From an uncultured Rhabdochlamydiaceae bacterium (lineage in GTDB: Bacteria > Chlamydiota > Chlamydiia > Chlamydiales > Rhabdochlamydiaceae): DNA of 64,000 nt. Location of the stretch: contig CAVQHD010000001.1 of the NCBI GenBank assembly GCA_963712275.1, forward strand, positions 960,001 through 1,024,000. The letters run 5' to 3'. The translations under genes were made by a program, and so were the position numbers. The stretch's first letter is position 1, and the number at the start of each line of letters is the position of its first letter. The notes under the pieces are model-generated. The model did no database searches, was not told where the DNA came from, and saw nothing but the letters and a program-made list of their open reading frames with translations. Of this stretch, positions 1 through 10,068 are shown piece after piece.

Positions 1-81
1 AGAAAGGGTTCAAAGCGCAGCAGAACTCCATGAAACTATCCAGAAAGTAATTACGAATCGAGAAGCATCCGAAGCCTGAGT

Positions 82-3075
82 TTACGACTTATCTTGCCCA
101 TCAACGGCCCACGTCTTCCCTTGAATAGCTGTTTGCAGTTCTCTCTTCACCGTTTGAAGGGTTGTGAGCAGTTCTTGAGCCGATTCAAAAAAGTCAGCGA
201 TAGGAAGGGGCTTATTAAAACCTTTCACTGCTTCTTTGGTGAGGGCATTTTGGTTGTCTGGTAGATTTTTAACACCGTTATATCGCTCCAAAAGAATTTC
301 GAGCTTCTCTTGGGTTTCAATGAGGTTTTGAATTGCAAGGCGGTGTTTCTGGAGGTAGTCTTCAAGAGACAAGGGAGTTTCTGTTTCTGCTAACGAAGCA
401 AGGCATTCCCTGCCCTTTGCAATGGCTTTGTCTAGAGCTTGATAGATAGCTTCCACATCAGTTTTTTCATCAGAAATCAGTTTGCCAATGGGCTTCCTAT
501 TGTGAACGGCGTTTATGAGTTTTCTTTTATCAGCAGAGAGTATTCCGGATGGAATTTTTCCCTTGATCCATTCATCTTTCACTTGTGTTTGGTCCTCAAG
601 AATCGCAAGTTGCAATAATAAAGGCTCGACAAGATTCTCTTGTATACTGGGACTTTTCAGAAACTCTTTCCACAGAGTGTGAATATGTCCTGAGATTGCG
701 CCTAAGTCTTTAACAAATTGACCAAAGTCGGTTTTAGCAATGCGATCTTTTCTCTCTTGTTTGGCTATAGAAATGACAGAATCAGAAGCTGCTTCTTGCT
801 GAGCTGAAGTTGGAGTTGTCGTTGCGTTTCCAGAGACCTCGGCAATGAGTTGTAAAATGGCGTCATCATCGACGCCTACAAGATCGTCATTGGAGTCGTC
901 TAAGCTGGGTTCTTCGGAATTACCATCGAGGATGCTTGCAATATCGTCATCATCTAAGTTGGTTCTCTTCAGCGCATCAAGCTCTTCTTCTGCCCGTGCT
1001 AATTTGCGACTAATGTCTTCAATTGTTTTCATGGCGTCTTCTAAAAGGGGCACTTGAATCTTTTCTACGTTATCTAAAGTTTTTTGGAGCTCTTTATTTT
1101 TAAGCTCAAGGCTCTGCTGAGATGCCTTTGCAGAATTTATAAGACTTTCTCTTTCAGCCTCAAAATGCTGTGTAGAGGCCTTTGCAACATCTAATGCAAC
1201 TTGGACTTCCTTTAGAGTGTCTTCAAAATCCTCATTTTGAGTTTCAAGCTGTAGTGCAAGGTCTTGTTTTTCGCTCTCAAGCCGCTCGGCAGAAGAGGTT
1301 GCAGCGCTGAGCTCAGCTTGTACTTGTTCAAGGGCTTCTTCAGTCAATTGTTGTTGAGAGAGAAGATTTTTGTTTTCCTCGGTGAGAGATCTGTTCTTTG
1401 TTTCCATTTCTGCAAGGGCGTCCGATACTGTTTCAACATGCTTGCTTGCAGATCTGAGGTTGTCATCTTGTTCTTGAAGCGCTCGCATAAGAGCTGCTTT
1501 TTTAACCTCAAGCTGTTCGATAGAAGAGGTGGTAGCACTTAACTGAGCTTGGACTTCTTCAAGTTTTTTTTCGGTCGATTTATTCTGAGAGAGAAGAGAT
1601 CTGTTCTTTGTTTCCATATCTGCAAGGTTGCCCGATACTGTTTTAGCATGATCTTGTAGACGTTCAACATCTTCTTTTGATCGGCGCAGTTGAGTTTGCA
1701 ATTGCTCGTTTTTAAGGTTGAGTTGGGTGAACTCTCTATCGAACTTATCACGGGTTTCCTGATCAAAGTTTTTCCACTCTCCCAAGGCTTTTCTGAATTC
1801 GGCTGTTGTTGCCTTATGAAGATCTATTTCTTTTTTCAATTCAGTGTGATAGTGGTTTGTGAGTTCTTGCTCGGTCTGAACTCTTTGATTTAAGGTCTCG
1901 ACTTGTCGAGAGAGGTTATTTTGATTCTGCTCACTGGCCTGGAGTTGCTGCTGTAAATGTTCATTTTCGCTCTGAGTTTTTTGGAGAGCCTCTCGTAGCT
2001 CGGCAATATAGTGGTCTTGGCCTGAAAGCTCTTGATCTAATTGAGTTTGGCGCTTTTCATAACCTTTTTGGAGCTTTTCTAATTCATCGATCTTCTCCTG
2101 GAGAGAAGCGACCTTTTCTGCAGATTGCTGCTCTAGAGAATGGGTTGCTTCTTCCAGCTCTTTTTCTAAAGATGATCTTTCTGCCTCTATTGCTTGGCTT
2201 TTTTGGAATAATTGGTCAATTTCCTGCCGGAGCGCTTGTTGTTCTTGCTGCTGTTTCTCTAGTTCTTGTTGTTGTGCAGTCGTTTGTTGAGTTGCTTTGT
2301 CGAGCTGGACCTGTAATGCTTGCTGCTCGGCTAAAGTCCTTTGATGAGCCTCTTGGAGTTGATTTAGCTGGTCGGTGATTTGGTCATTCTCTTGTCTTAG
2401 AGCTGCAATGGTTCTTTGGTTGTCATCAGCTTGCTCAGTCAGATCTTGAATCTCTCTGTCTTTCAAACGTACAAGAGATTCTTGTCTTTCCAATTGACGC
2501 TGAAGCTCAAGATTTTGTTGTTGGAAGGCTTCCTTAGCTTTACGATCTGCTTGATCGAGTAATCGAAATGTAAGATCGGCAAGCAATCGAGATTGGCGGT
2601 CTAAGATTTTAAGGGCTTCAGAAAGGGCCTGCTCCTGGCCGCCTGCTGGTGAATCATGGAAGTGGCCTACTGCCGTTGGGATAGGAGAAGGATCTTTGTT
2701 AGGCGGGGGGGCGCCCCAGGCTCCACGGACTTTTTCAAGGGTTTTGCGAAGGTGGAATGAAATTTGAGGCGATTGTCCAAGGTTAGTCTTTCCCCCACGG
2801 CTCTCGAAAAGTGTCCAGACGCCTTTCTTCCGCTGTAAAGTGGCGAAATGCTCTTGTTCGCCATTGTTCCAAAGCTCTAGGACCATTTGGTTATTGTGGA
2901 TTGTCAGAGCGTATTCGTCCGTTCCTCGATACTTAAAGTCTTGTGTAACAATGAGATGGACAAGATCGGAGATATCATAGGACCCGTGAAGATTAAGGTG
3001 GTCTAAAGACTCAATAGACTGGAAGGAGGTTCGACCATAGGGGTCGTAACCGCAATTGGTAATTATTGGTAGCAT
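82..3075 (-). CDS. Large coiled-coil protein (997 aa), possible secreted effector
   Basis: Long ORF with a globular-looking N-terminus, a Pro-rich linker (GAPPPNKDPSPIP), ~550 aa of Q/E/K/L heptad-rich sequence and an acidic patch. Confidence 0.75.
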   Translation of the reverse strand: MLPIITNCGYDPYGRTSFQSIESLDHLNLHGSYDISDLVHLIVTQDFKYRGTDEYALTIHNNQMVLELWNNGEQEHFATLQRKKGVWTLFESRGGKTNLGQSPQISFHLRKTLEKVRGAWGAPPPNKDPSPIPTAVGHFHDSPAGGQEQALSEALKILDRQSRLLADLTFRLLDQADRKAKEAFQQQNLELQRQLERQESLVRLKDREIQDLTEQADDNQRTIAALRQENDQITDQLNQLQEAHQRTLAEQQALQVQLDKATQQTTAQQQELEKQQQEQQALRQEIDQLFQKSQAIEAERSSLEKELEEATHSLEQQSAEKVASLQEKIDELEKLQKGYEKRQTQLDQELSGQDHYIAELREALQKTQSENEHLQQQLQASEQNQNNLSRQVETLNQRVQTEQELTNHYHTELKKEIDLHKATTAEFRKALGEWKNFDQETRDKFDREFTQLNLKNEQLQTQLRRSKEDVERLQDHAKTVSGNLADMETKNRSLLSQNKSTEKKLEEVQAQLSATTSSIEQLEVKKAALMRALQEQDDNLRSASKHVETVSDALAEMETKNRSLTEENKNLLSQQQLTEEALEQVQAELSAATSSAERLESEKQDLALQLETQNEDFEDTLKEVQVALDVAKASTQHFEAERESLINSAKASQQSLELKNKELQKTLDNVEKIQVPLLEDAMKTIEDISRKLARAEEELDALKRTNLDDDDIASILDGNSEEPSLDDSNDDLVGVDDDAILQLIAEVSGNATTTPTSAQQEAASDSVISIAKQERKDRIAKTDFGQFVKDLGAISGHIHTLWKEFLKSPSIQENLVEPLLLQLAILEDQTQVKDEWIKGKIPSGILSADKRKLINAVHNRKPIGKLISDEKTDVEAIYQALDKAIAKGRECLASLAETETPLSLEDYLQKHRLAIQNLIETQEKLEILLERYNGVKNLPDNQNALTKEAVKGFNKPLPIADFFESAQELLTTLQTVKRELQTAIQGKTWAVDGQDKS

Positions 3076-3197
3076 TTTTTAACTATTTTATTAAAATTAT
3101 ATTACTAATTTTAATCAAAAAACAATTAAAAGTAAATTATTTATGTTAAATTATAAGTCTTTGATAGAAAGGCTGTTATGAAATCCTAACAAATCGA

Positions 3198-3773
3198 TCA
3201 GACCAGGGTATGAGCTAAAACTTTGTAGGTTAAAGAAAGGGCGGACGTTTGATGAGCGAGTTCAAGGAGGAAACGGATTGAATAGGCTGTCAGTGCCACG
3301 CCTCCCATTGCACATAGCCTCCAGTCCCACAGGCGGAGATTGGTTTTTTGCTCACTCGCTGGTTTAGCTCGATACTGTGCCACTTTATAAACGCCTATAA
3401 TGGTGAGTAAAGATCCTGCAGCAAAGAAGATGACGCTGCCTCTCAGAGCGTTTGCTGTGTTATTCATGATCTCGCTAATATCGAGCAGTGACTTAGCAAA
3501 GGGTTTAAGATCATCACTGAGTTGAGACAACCGGTTTGCAAAAGAAGACTGAGTTTTTTGGATGAGTTCGTAGAGGTCAAAATTTAAAAGAACGGCTTTT
3601 AAATTGTCTGCGTGGAGAATGAGGCCGTTTGCCGATAAGTTAAAAACATTTTGAATGGTAGGTGGAAGAGGGGTTTGTAGAGGTAGGTTTTCGGGGGGTA
3701 GGTTGGAAAGTTCTCTTGCAATTGCTGTGATTAGCTCAGCTCCTCGGCTGAACTCTACACTTAAAGTAGTCAT
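3198..3773 (-). CDS. Hypothetical membrane protein with two C-terminal hydrophobic segments (Inc-like candidate)
   Basis: ORF with upstream GGAG; hydrophobic stretches VIFFAAGSLLTIIGVY and LCAMGGVALTAYSIRFLL. Confidence 0.6.
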   Translation of the reverse strand: MTTLSVEFSRGAELITAIARELSNLPPENLPLQTPLPPTIQNVFNLSANGLILHADNLKAVLLNFDLYELIQKTQSSFANRLSQLSDDLKPFAKSLLDISEIMNNTANALRGSVIFFAAGSLLTIIGVYKVAQYRAKPASEQKTNLRLWDWRLCAMGGVALTAYSIRFLLELAHQTSALSLTYKVLAHTLV

Positions 3774-3832
3774 TTTTATTTCTCCAAAGTTTAGAAAAAA
3801 TTATAAACGGCTATAGTACTTTTTCACAAGAT

Positions 3833-6043
3833 CTAAAAATAAGTTGAAAGGGGGTCGACATCGATGAGAAGGCGGATTTTGCGAGAAGGGGGTAGGTTTT
3901 TTAAAAGGTCGGTGACTGGGCGAGTCGATTCCCCCTTGATCAAACACTGGAAGCGGAATTGATTTTTGATCTTGGCGTAGCCGCAGGGGATCAAGGGTTC
4001 GAGCTCAAAGGTGTGGGGGAGCCTTTGAATGAGCTGGGCTCTGATGTGCTCAGCATATTGTTGGACGGTCTCTGGGTTTTCTCCTGAAAAGACGAGTTTT
4101 ACTAGGTGGCAAAAAGGGGGAAATCGAAAGGTCTCCCGGACTTTGATCTCTTCTTGATAGAAGGCAGGGTAGTCGAGCTTGGTGGCATGTTCAAACAGTG
4201 GATGGTGAGGAAGAAGGGTTTGTAAAATGACCTCTCCTTTTAAATGGCTTCGTCCTGCCCGGCCTGAGACCTGGGTTATGAGCTGGAAGAGATTTTCTGT
4301 TGCCCGAAAGTCGGGGATATGAAGCGCGAGATCGGGATTTAAAATACCGACGAGGGTGACGGAGGGGAAGTGAAGTCCTTTTGCGATCATTTGGGTTCCA
4401 ATTAAGACGTCGGCTTTGCCAGCACGAAACTGCTTGAAGAGGCGGTCATGGCTTCCTTTATGGCGGGTGGTATCGGCATCGAGCCTTAAGGTTCGAATCG
4501 AGGGAAAGATGGCGTGCAGGGATCGCTCGACATGTTCGGTTCCAGCTCCTTTAAATTTAAACGTTCCTTGCTCTTGGCAGGAGGGGCATTTGGAGAGGGG
4601 GTGGGTTTTATAGTGGCAGAGGTGGCATGAGAGGATGTTCTCCCCCTTATGAAAGGTCAGTGTGATAGAGCAGGAGGGGCAGCGGATCATCTCTCCGCAT
4701 GCCTCGCAGATAGCAGATGTGTGAAACCCTCGTCGATTGAGAAAGAGAAGGGTTTGTTCTCCAAGCTCTAACCGTTTCTTAATTCCATCCAGGAGTTTTT
4801 CTGAAAATAGAGTAGCGCCGCGGGCTTTTCCATATTCGAGTTTCATGTTCACAGTATGAACCGTGGGTAAAGTCGCTTGGTCTGCTCTTTGCGAAAGGGG
4901 ATTGAGATGGTATTTTTGATTTTGAGTATTGAAATAACTTTCAAGGCTCGGGGTTGCGCTTCCTAAAATGACAGTGGACTGAGTGAGCTTTCCTCGCATG
5001 ATGGCGGCATTACGCCCCTGATAACAGGGCATTTCATCAGATTGTTTGTAAGCTCCATCATGCTCTTCGTCAACGACGATGAGACCTAGATTTTTTAAGG
5101 GGCTGAAAAGAGCAGAACGGGGGCCGACTACAAGGGAAATTTCTCCTTCCCGAATTTTATACCAGCTGTCGCGCCGCTCTCCTGCGCTGAGCCGATGGTG
5201 GAGAATAGCAACCTTCTCTTGAAATCGGCTTCTAAGCCTTTCGACTGTTTGGGAGGTGAGAGCAATTTCAGGGACGAGGAAAAGGGCTGATTTCCCTTGA
5301 GAGAGAGCAGCATCAATGGCTTGAAGGTAGACTTCTGTTTTCCCGCTTCCTGTAATGCCAAACAGAAGATGGGTTTGGAATGTCCCGCTTTGAAGGGAGG
5401 TTAAAATCGATGTGAGTGCTGCTTGCTGCTCCCCGCTGAGCTGTTTAGGTTTTGTCGGAAAAAAATCGTGCTCGGCAAGAGGAGTACGGTCAATAGTGAG
5501 AGGAGTGAGTGCAATGACCCCTTGTTTTTCAAGAGAACTTAGAGGGGCTCTAGACGCCTCTGCTCTTTCGAGGAGCTCTGTCAAAAGGATTCCTTTGGGT
5601 GATTGGAGAAGCGTCTCTAGAAGTTTCCGTTGAGGCCCACTTTTCTGCAGACAGAGCTCTACAAGCTGAGGTTTTGAGAGCAGGGACTTTACAAAGAGCT
5701 GCTGCTTTTCTTCCATTCCTTGCCGAACAGGAGGGGGAAGCATCTGTTTGAGGACTTTGAAAAAGGGAGCGCAATAATAGCTGGCGATCCAAAGGGCAAG
5801 TTTAAGAAGGTCGGTGGGGATTGAAGCTAGTGGTGGAAGCACCTCGGAGATAACGGATGTTCGAGAGACTTCAGAGCTCTCTTTGATGGAGAGAACTGTT
5901 CCAAAACAGGGGCGGCCTCGCACCGTTACCTTAACCCGCATTCCAGGCTCCACTTTCCCCAAATTCTCAGGAGGGATCTCATAATCCAGCGGTTTAGGAA
6001 CGGCTACGTCAACGACGATAGCTGCATATTTAGGGTGTTCCAT
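3833..6043 (-). CDS. priA: Primosomal protein N' (replication restart helicase)
   Basis: GITGSGKT Walker A, DEEH motif, Cys-rich zinc-binding region, QVSGRAGR; start set at MEHPKYAA (ATG 6043). Confidence 0.95.
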   Translation of the reverse strand: MEHPKYAAIVVDVAVPKPLDYEIPPENLGKVEPGMRVKVTVRGRPCFGTVLSIKESSEVSRTSVISEVLPPLASIPTDLLKLALWIASYYCAPFFKVLKQMLPPPVRQGMEEKQQLFVKSLLSKPQLVELCLQKSGPQRKLLETLLQSPKGILLTELLERAEASRAPLSSLEKQGVIALTPLTIDRTPLAEHDFFPTKPKQLSGEQQAALTSILTSLQSGTFQTHLLFGITGSGKTEVYLQAIDAALSQGKSALFLVPEIALTSQTVERLRSRFQEKVAILHHRLSAGERRDSWYKIREGEISLVVGPRSALFSPLKNLGLIVVDEEHDGAYKQSDEMPCYQGRNAAIMRGKLTQSTVILGSATPSLESYFNTQNQKYHLNPLSQRADQATLPTVHTVNMKLEYGKARGATLFSEKLLDGIKKRLELGEQTLLFLNRRGFHTSAICEACGEMIRCPSCSITLTFHKGENILSCHLCHYKTHPLSKCPSCQEQGTFKFKGAGTEHVERSLHAIFPSIRTLRLDADTTRHKGSHDRLFKQFRAGKADVLIGTQMIAKGLHFPSVTLVGILNPDLALHIPDFRATENLFQLITQVSGRAGRSHLKGEVILQTLLPHHPLFEHATKLDYPAFYQEEIKVRETFRFPPFCHLVKLVFSGENPETVQQYAEHIRAQLIQRLPHTFELEPLIPCGYAKIKNQFRFQCLIKGESTRPVTDLLKNLPPSRKIRLLIDVDPLSTYF

Positions 6044-6744
6044 AATTTCCGTTTGCGTTCGGGATCTTTGAGATAAAAGAGGCTGGATTCGAGGAAAAGA
6101 AGGGGATGATTTCCTAAATACGACTGCATTGTCGATCCATTTTGATGGTAGTGCGTCGTAAGGGATGTTGTCTTCCAGGAGGACCATGGAGAGGAGATCA
6201 CTTGTTTTAGAGCCTTGCTGCTCAAAAGTAGATTCCATCCCTGCTCTTTTTCAAAGAGGGATCCTTCGATGAGCTGAGCTGGCATCAGAAGGTTGTTAAT
6301 CGCTTGTGTCAATTGACGTAAAAATTCGAGGCCAGGGCCGATTTCTCCAAAAGCGATGACAACGACAGGCGATGTGAGGTAGGTCTCCTCCCAAAGGCGA
6401 GACCTCTTTTGGGCCGCTGTATCATCAGGGATTGTTTTTCGAAGGGGTAGGTCTGGTAGGACTTTTTCAACCCACAAGTGCATTCCGGGGTCTATACTTG
6501 AGCCCATTTTTTCTATTTTTTTGGGGGGGGCTTCTTTGATTTCTGGCTGCACAGGAGGGCGGGGCGGAGCTGACGGGCCCTTAAGGTGAATTGGAAGGTG
6601 AATCGGTTTCTTCTCGCTAGAGGGAGTTGTAAAACTTTTTTTGGAGGCAAAATAAGCGCATTCTTCAGCTGTCGCAAAGACAGAGGAAGTTGTTCTTGCC
6701 ATCTCCTGAAGAAATACTAAAGTGTCTTGGATGAGTGTGTCCAT
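6004..6744 (-). CDS. Hypothetical protein upstream of priA
   Basis: ORF overlapping the priA start; likely start MDTLIQD at 6744. Confidence 0.6.
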   Translation of the reverse strand: MDTLIQDTLVFLQEMARTTSSVFATAEECAYFASKKSFTTPSSEKKPIHLPIHLKGPSAPPRPPVQPEIKEAPPKKIEKMGSSIDPGMHLWVEKVLPDLPLRKTIPDDTAAQKRSRLWEETYLTSPVVVIAFGEIGPGLEFLRQLTQAINNLLMPAQLIEGSLFEKEQGWNLLLSSKALKQVISSPWSSWKTTSLTTHYHQNGSTMQSYLGNHPLLFLESSLFYLKDPERKRKLWNTLNMQLSSLT

Positions 6745-7217
6745 CGTGTGAAGTGGTATCCTCGCTGCCGAAACCGGACAGCAATCCTTTCTTTGAGAAG
6801 ATTGAGTCCTTCGGGACATATTTTATCCAGAATCGGTTTTACGGCGAGCTCATTTTGATGCCGGATCAGAAAAAGAAGAAGATTTTCATTGGACTCACAA
6901 GCAAGAATAAAAGGTTCTAAGAGGAGGACAACTTCACGGGCAGGGCGATGAAGATTTTGAAAGAGAGATGGGATATGGGAGGCGAGGGCAGGAAAGGCAA
7001 TCGGCATGAGAGAGAGGTGTTCACGGACTTTTGGGGCAGACGGGCTTTTGAAAGCCCAGTCAAAAGGGGTGTGTAAAGGAGCGGGACCCTCGGTGAGTCC
7101 ATGAGGGTTTTTAACGAGCTCTTTTAGGATCAGGAGAAGAATTAAAGAGGGATTGTTGTTGTCTGCAACAGTTGTGGAAGAAAAAGGGGAGTAAAAGTAA
7201 ACTTGTCCGCCCAACAT
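6717..7217 (-). CDS. Hypothetical protein
   Basis: 166-aa ORF co-oriented between ftsY and the priA-linked gene. Confidence 0.55.
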   Translation of the reverse strand: MLGGQVYFYSPFSSTTVADNNNPSLILLLILKELVKNPHGLTEGPAPLHTPFDWAFKSPSAPKVREHLSLMPIAFPALASHIPSLFQNLHRPAREVVLLLEPFILACESNENLLLFLIRHQNELAVKPILDKICPEGLNLLKERIAVRFRQRGYHFTRWTHSSKTL

Positions 7218-7234
7218 TTAATTTGAAAATACTC

Positions 7235-8149
7235 TTAGATCCGATTTTCAAACAACCCGGAAACATAAGCCTCTTGGTCAAAGGGGATTAAGTCGTCTGC
7301 TCTTTCACCAATCCCGATCCATTGAATGGGAACTGCAAGTTCTTTGTAGATCGGCAGGGCAATTCCTCCTTTGGCGCTTCCGTCGAGTTTAGTCAAAATA
7401 ATCCCTGTTAAAGGAGTGAATTGATGGAAAATTCTAGCTTGCTCGACTCCATTTTGTCCTGTCATTGCATCCACCACAAAAAGGATTTCGTGAGGAGCGC
7501 CGGGAACGACTTTTGATGAAACACGTCGAATTTTTTCAAGCTGTTGCATAAGATCTGTTTTATTTTGCAGACGGCCTGCCGTATCAATGAGAACCGTATC
7601 GAAACCCCGACTTACCGCAGCGGTGAGAGTATCAAAGACAACACTCGAAGGGTCACTGCTAGGCTGTGCTTTGACAATATCGATTCCAAGTTTTTGAGCC
7701 CAGAGAGCGAGCTGGTCGATAGCCCCTGCTCGAAACGTATCGGCAGCGCCCATCAAAACCTTTTTTCCTTGCTGCTTGTAGAGTTTAGCTAGTTTTGCAA
7801 TCGATGTCGTTTTTCCACTGCCGTTAACTCCGACAATTAAGATCACCTGAGGATGGCCTTGAGAGGGGAAAGCTCTAGGAGAAGCTAAAAAAATTTCTTT
7901 TGCCCGCAGCTTCATACAAGCCAAAATCTCATCAGGAGTAGCTTTCGGATGCCGTTTTAAGAATTTTTTAACCTCTTCGATAAGATCATGTGTGGCAGCA
8001 GAGCCGATATCGGCTTCATAGAGGATTTGCTCAAGTTTTTCATACGCTTCATCTGTGAGAGGAGAGGTAAAAAGAGCGCGCAAGCGAGATCCTAAATAAG
8101 ACCCTGTTTTGCTCAGCGCAGATTTGATTTTTTTGAAGAAACCTAACAT
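7235..8149 (-). CDS. ftsY: Signal recognition particle receptor FtsY
   Basis: GVNGSGKTT, DTFRAGA, DTAGR, TKLDGSAKGG motifs. Confidence 0.96.
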   Translation of the reverse strand: MLGFFKKIKSALSKTGSYLGSRLRALFTSPLTDEAYEKLEQILYEADIGSAATHDLIEEVKKFLKRHPKATPDEILACMKLRAKEIFLASPRAFPSQGHPQVILIVGVNGSGKTTSIAKLAKLYKQQGKKVLMGAADTFRAGAIDQLALWAQKLGIDIVKAQPSSDPSSVVFDTLTAAVSRGFDTVLIDTAGRLQNKTDLMQQLEKIRRVSSKVVPGAPHEILFVVDAMTGQNGVEQARIFHQFTPLTGIILTKLDGSAKGGIALPIYKELAVPIQWIGIGERADDLIPFDQEAYVSGLFENRI

Positions 8150-8171
8150 GGAGAATAAGTATAATGGATTC

Positions 8172-8891
8172 GTGAAAAATTTAAAACTAACGATTGCCTA
8201 TGAAGGGACAAATTATCTCGGCTGGCAGAAGACAAAGATAGGGCCTAGTGTTGAAGAAGAGCTTGAAAAGGCGGCTTCTCAAATTGTGCAGCACCCTATT
8301 CAGTTTCAAGCAGCGAGCCGGACCGACGCAGGAGTCCATGCGGAGGGACAGGTGGTTAATTTTCTTTCTAAGACGCCCCTTTCCTTAAGCCGTCTTCAAA
8401 AAAGCATGAATGGACTTCTTCCGAAAGATATTCAGGTGCTTCACATGGAAGAGATGCCCCTCTCTTTTCATCCCACCCTCGATGCGAAAGGAAAAGAGTA
8501 TCAATATCATGTCTGTTTAGGAGCTGCTCAGCTTCCATTCGACAGGAAATTTTCATGGCATTTTTTAAAACCGGTCGATGTTGAGAAGATGAGGAAGGCG
8601 GCTTGTTATTTCATTGGAGAACACGACTTTTCAGCGCTGACAAGTGATCCTCAAGAAGATAATAGGCGAGAGATTTTTCACATCGAAGTTGAAGAACTTG
8701 GGGAGAATCGATTAAAGATTCGCGTGTCAGGAAACCGTTTTCTTTATAAGATGGTACGTGTGATTGTAGGAACTCTTCTTTATGTCGGATGTGGAATGTT
8801 AGAGATCAAAGAGATTCCTCGCCACCGAAAGGACGCCGGAATGACAGCTCCGGCGCATGGATTAACCTTAAAAAAAGTGTTTTATGATTGA
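8172..8891 (+). CDS. truA: tRNA pseudouridine(38-40) synthase
   Basis: AYEGTNYLGWQ, ASRTDAGVHA, FLYKMVR, TAPAHGL; likely GTG start at 8172. Confidence 0.95.
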   Translation: MKNLKLTIAYEGTNYLGWQKTKIGPSVEEELEKAASQIVQHPIQFQAASRTDAGVHAEGQVVNFLSKTPLSLSRLQKSMNGLLPKDIQVLHMEEMPLSFHPTLDAKGKEYQYHVCLGAAQLPFDRKFSWHFLKPVDVEKMRKAACYFIGEHDFSALTSDPQEDNRREIFHIEVEELGENRLKIRVSGNRFLYKMVRVIVGTLLYVGCGMLEIKEIPRHRKDAGMTAPAHGLTLKKVFYD

Positions 8892-9756
8892 GCGCAACGA
8901 CCCATGTTGGTGCAGTAGTGGTTTGAAGTGGAAGAAATGTCACTACCCTGTCCAGCCTTACCATGACTTTAAAGAGCTAGTACAGGACTACAAAAAACGG
9001 TATGGGATTTTTCTTAAAACAGAGACGCAGATCCAAGGGATTAGGCGAGCTTGCCGTCTTGCAGCCACGATTTTACAAAAAACGTGCCAGCAAGCGCGTG
9101 AAGGGGTGACCACCAACGAGCTCAATGACTTTGCAGAAAAGCTGCACCGAGAAGCGGGGGCTAAGGCAGCCTCTTTAGGTTACGGAGATCCCCCTTTTCC
9201 TAAAAGCATTTGCACCTCTCTTAACGAAGTCATCTGCCATGGCATTCCTGATGACCGCCCTTTGCAAAGGGGAGATATCCTCAACGTCGATGTAGCGTGT
9301 GTTTTGGATGGATATTACGGCGACTGCAGCGCGATGGTTGTGATTGAGCCTATAGATGAAGACAAAAGGCGTGTCGTCGACGTTTCAAAAGAGTGCCTAC
9401 GCCGCTCCATCGAGATCCTAAAACCAGGAGTGCTCATTTCAGAGGTTGGGCGTATGATTGAAGAGTATGCCAGGGCTCACAACTGCTCTGTCGTTAACCA
9501 ATTTGTAGGGCATGGGGTGGGACTTCAATTTCATGAACCTCCGCAAGTGCCGCACCATTTCAATCAGCTTTCCATCCCATTTGCCGAAGGAATGACATTT
9601 ACAATTGAGCCGATGATCAATGCGGGAGTCCGCTCAGGAGAAATCGATCCCATCGACAGGTGGACCGTCCGTACTTCCGACGGCAAGCCCAGCGCTCAAT
9701 GGGAGCACACCATTCTGATCACACGAGAAGGGCATGAGGTTTTAACGCTAGCTTAG
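8884..9756 (+). CDS. map: Methionine aminopeptidase with N-terminal SEC-C motif
   Basis: RNDPCWCSSGLKWKKCH; NEVICHGIPD, GHGVG, TIEPMIN, AQWEHT. Confidence 0.95.
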   Translation: MIERNDPCWCSSGLKWKKCHYPVQPYHDFKELVQDYKKRYGIFLKTETQIQGIRRACRLAATILQKTCQQAREGVTTNELNDFAEKLHREAGAKAASLGYGDPPFPKSICTSLNEVICHGIPDDRPLQRGDILNVDVACVLDGYYGDCSAMVVIEPIDEDKRRVVDVSKECLRRSIEILKPGVLISEVGRMIEEYARAHNCSVVNQFVGHGVGLQFHEPPQVPHHFNQLSIPFAEGMTFTIEPMINAGVRSGEIDPIDRWTVRTSDGKPSAQWEHTILITREGHEVLTLA

Positions 9757-9757
9757 G

Positions 9758-9804
9758 GAGCCGTTTACAAAGCCCCGACTGCGTCGGGGCTTTGTAAACG
9801 GCTC
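9758..9804. terminator. Perfect 22-bp hairpin between convergent genes
   Basis: GAGCCGTTTACAAAGCCCCGAC-tgc-GTCGGGGCTTTGTAAACGGCTC directly after the map stop. Confidence 0.65.
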
Positions 9805-9810
9805 ACTCGC

Positions 9811-10068
9811 TTATTCTTTTTTAGCTCGAAATCCTTCATCGCTGCCTATGAATGTAGCGATGAAAATATGAGTAATGAGCGCCACCACCGCTGCCATCTC
9901 GTATACTTGCACAATGTTTTTATAAGAGGCGTTAACCGTCCATCGAACAGTAACAGCTCCAAAAAGTGTTAGAGTGTGAGCGCAAACCTTCCCATACGTG
10001 TTTGTTTTATCCCAAAAATTAACATAGTTATTGAGCGCTCTAAACGCGAGTTGAATTGGATTACACAT
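9811..10068 (-). CDS. Small hypothetical membrane protein
   Basis: 85-aa ORF with two hydrophobic segments, overlapping the stop of the upstream ORF. Confidence 0.5.
   Translation of the reverse strand: MCNPIQLAFRALNNYVNFWDKTNTYGKVCAHTLTLFGAVTVRWTVNASYKNIVQVYEMAAVVALITHIFIATFIGSDEGFRAKKE

Noticed and set aside
6044..6238. N-terminal extension of PriA in the ORF track
   Set aside because: Overlaps the upstream gene; PriA-like sequence starts near MEHPKYAA
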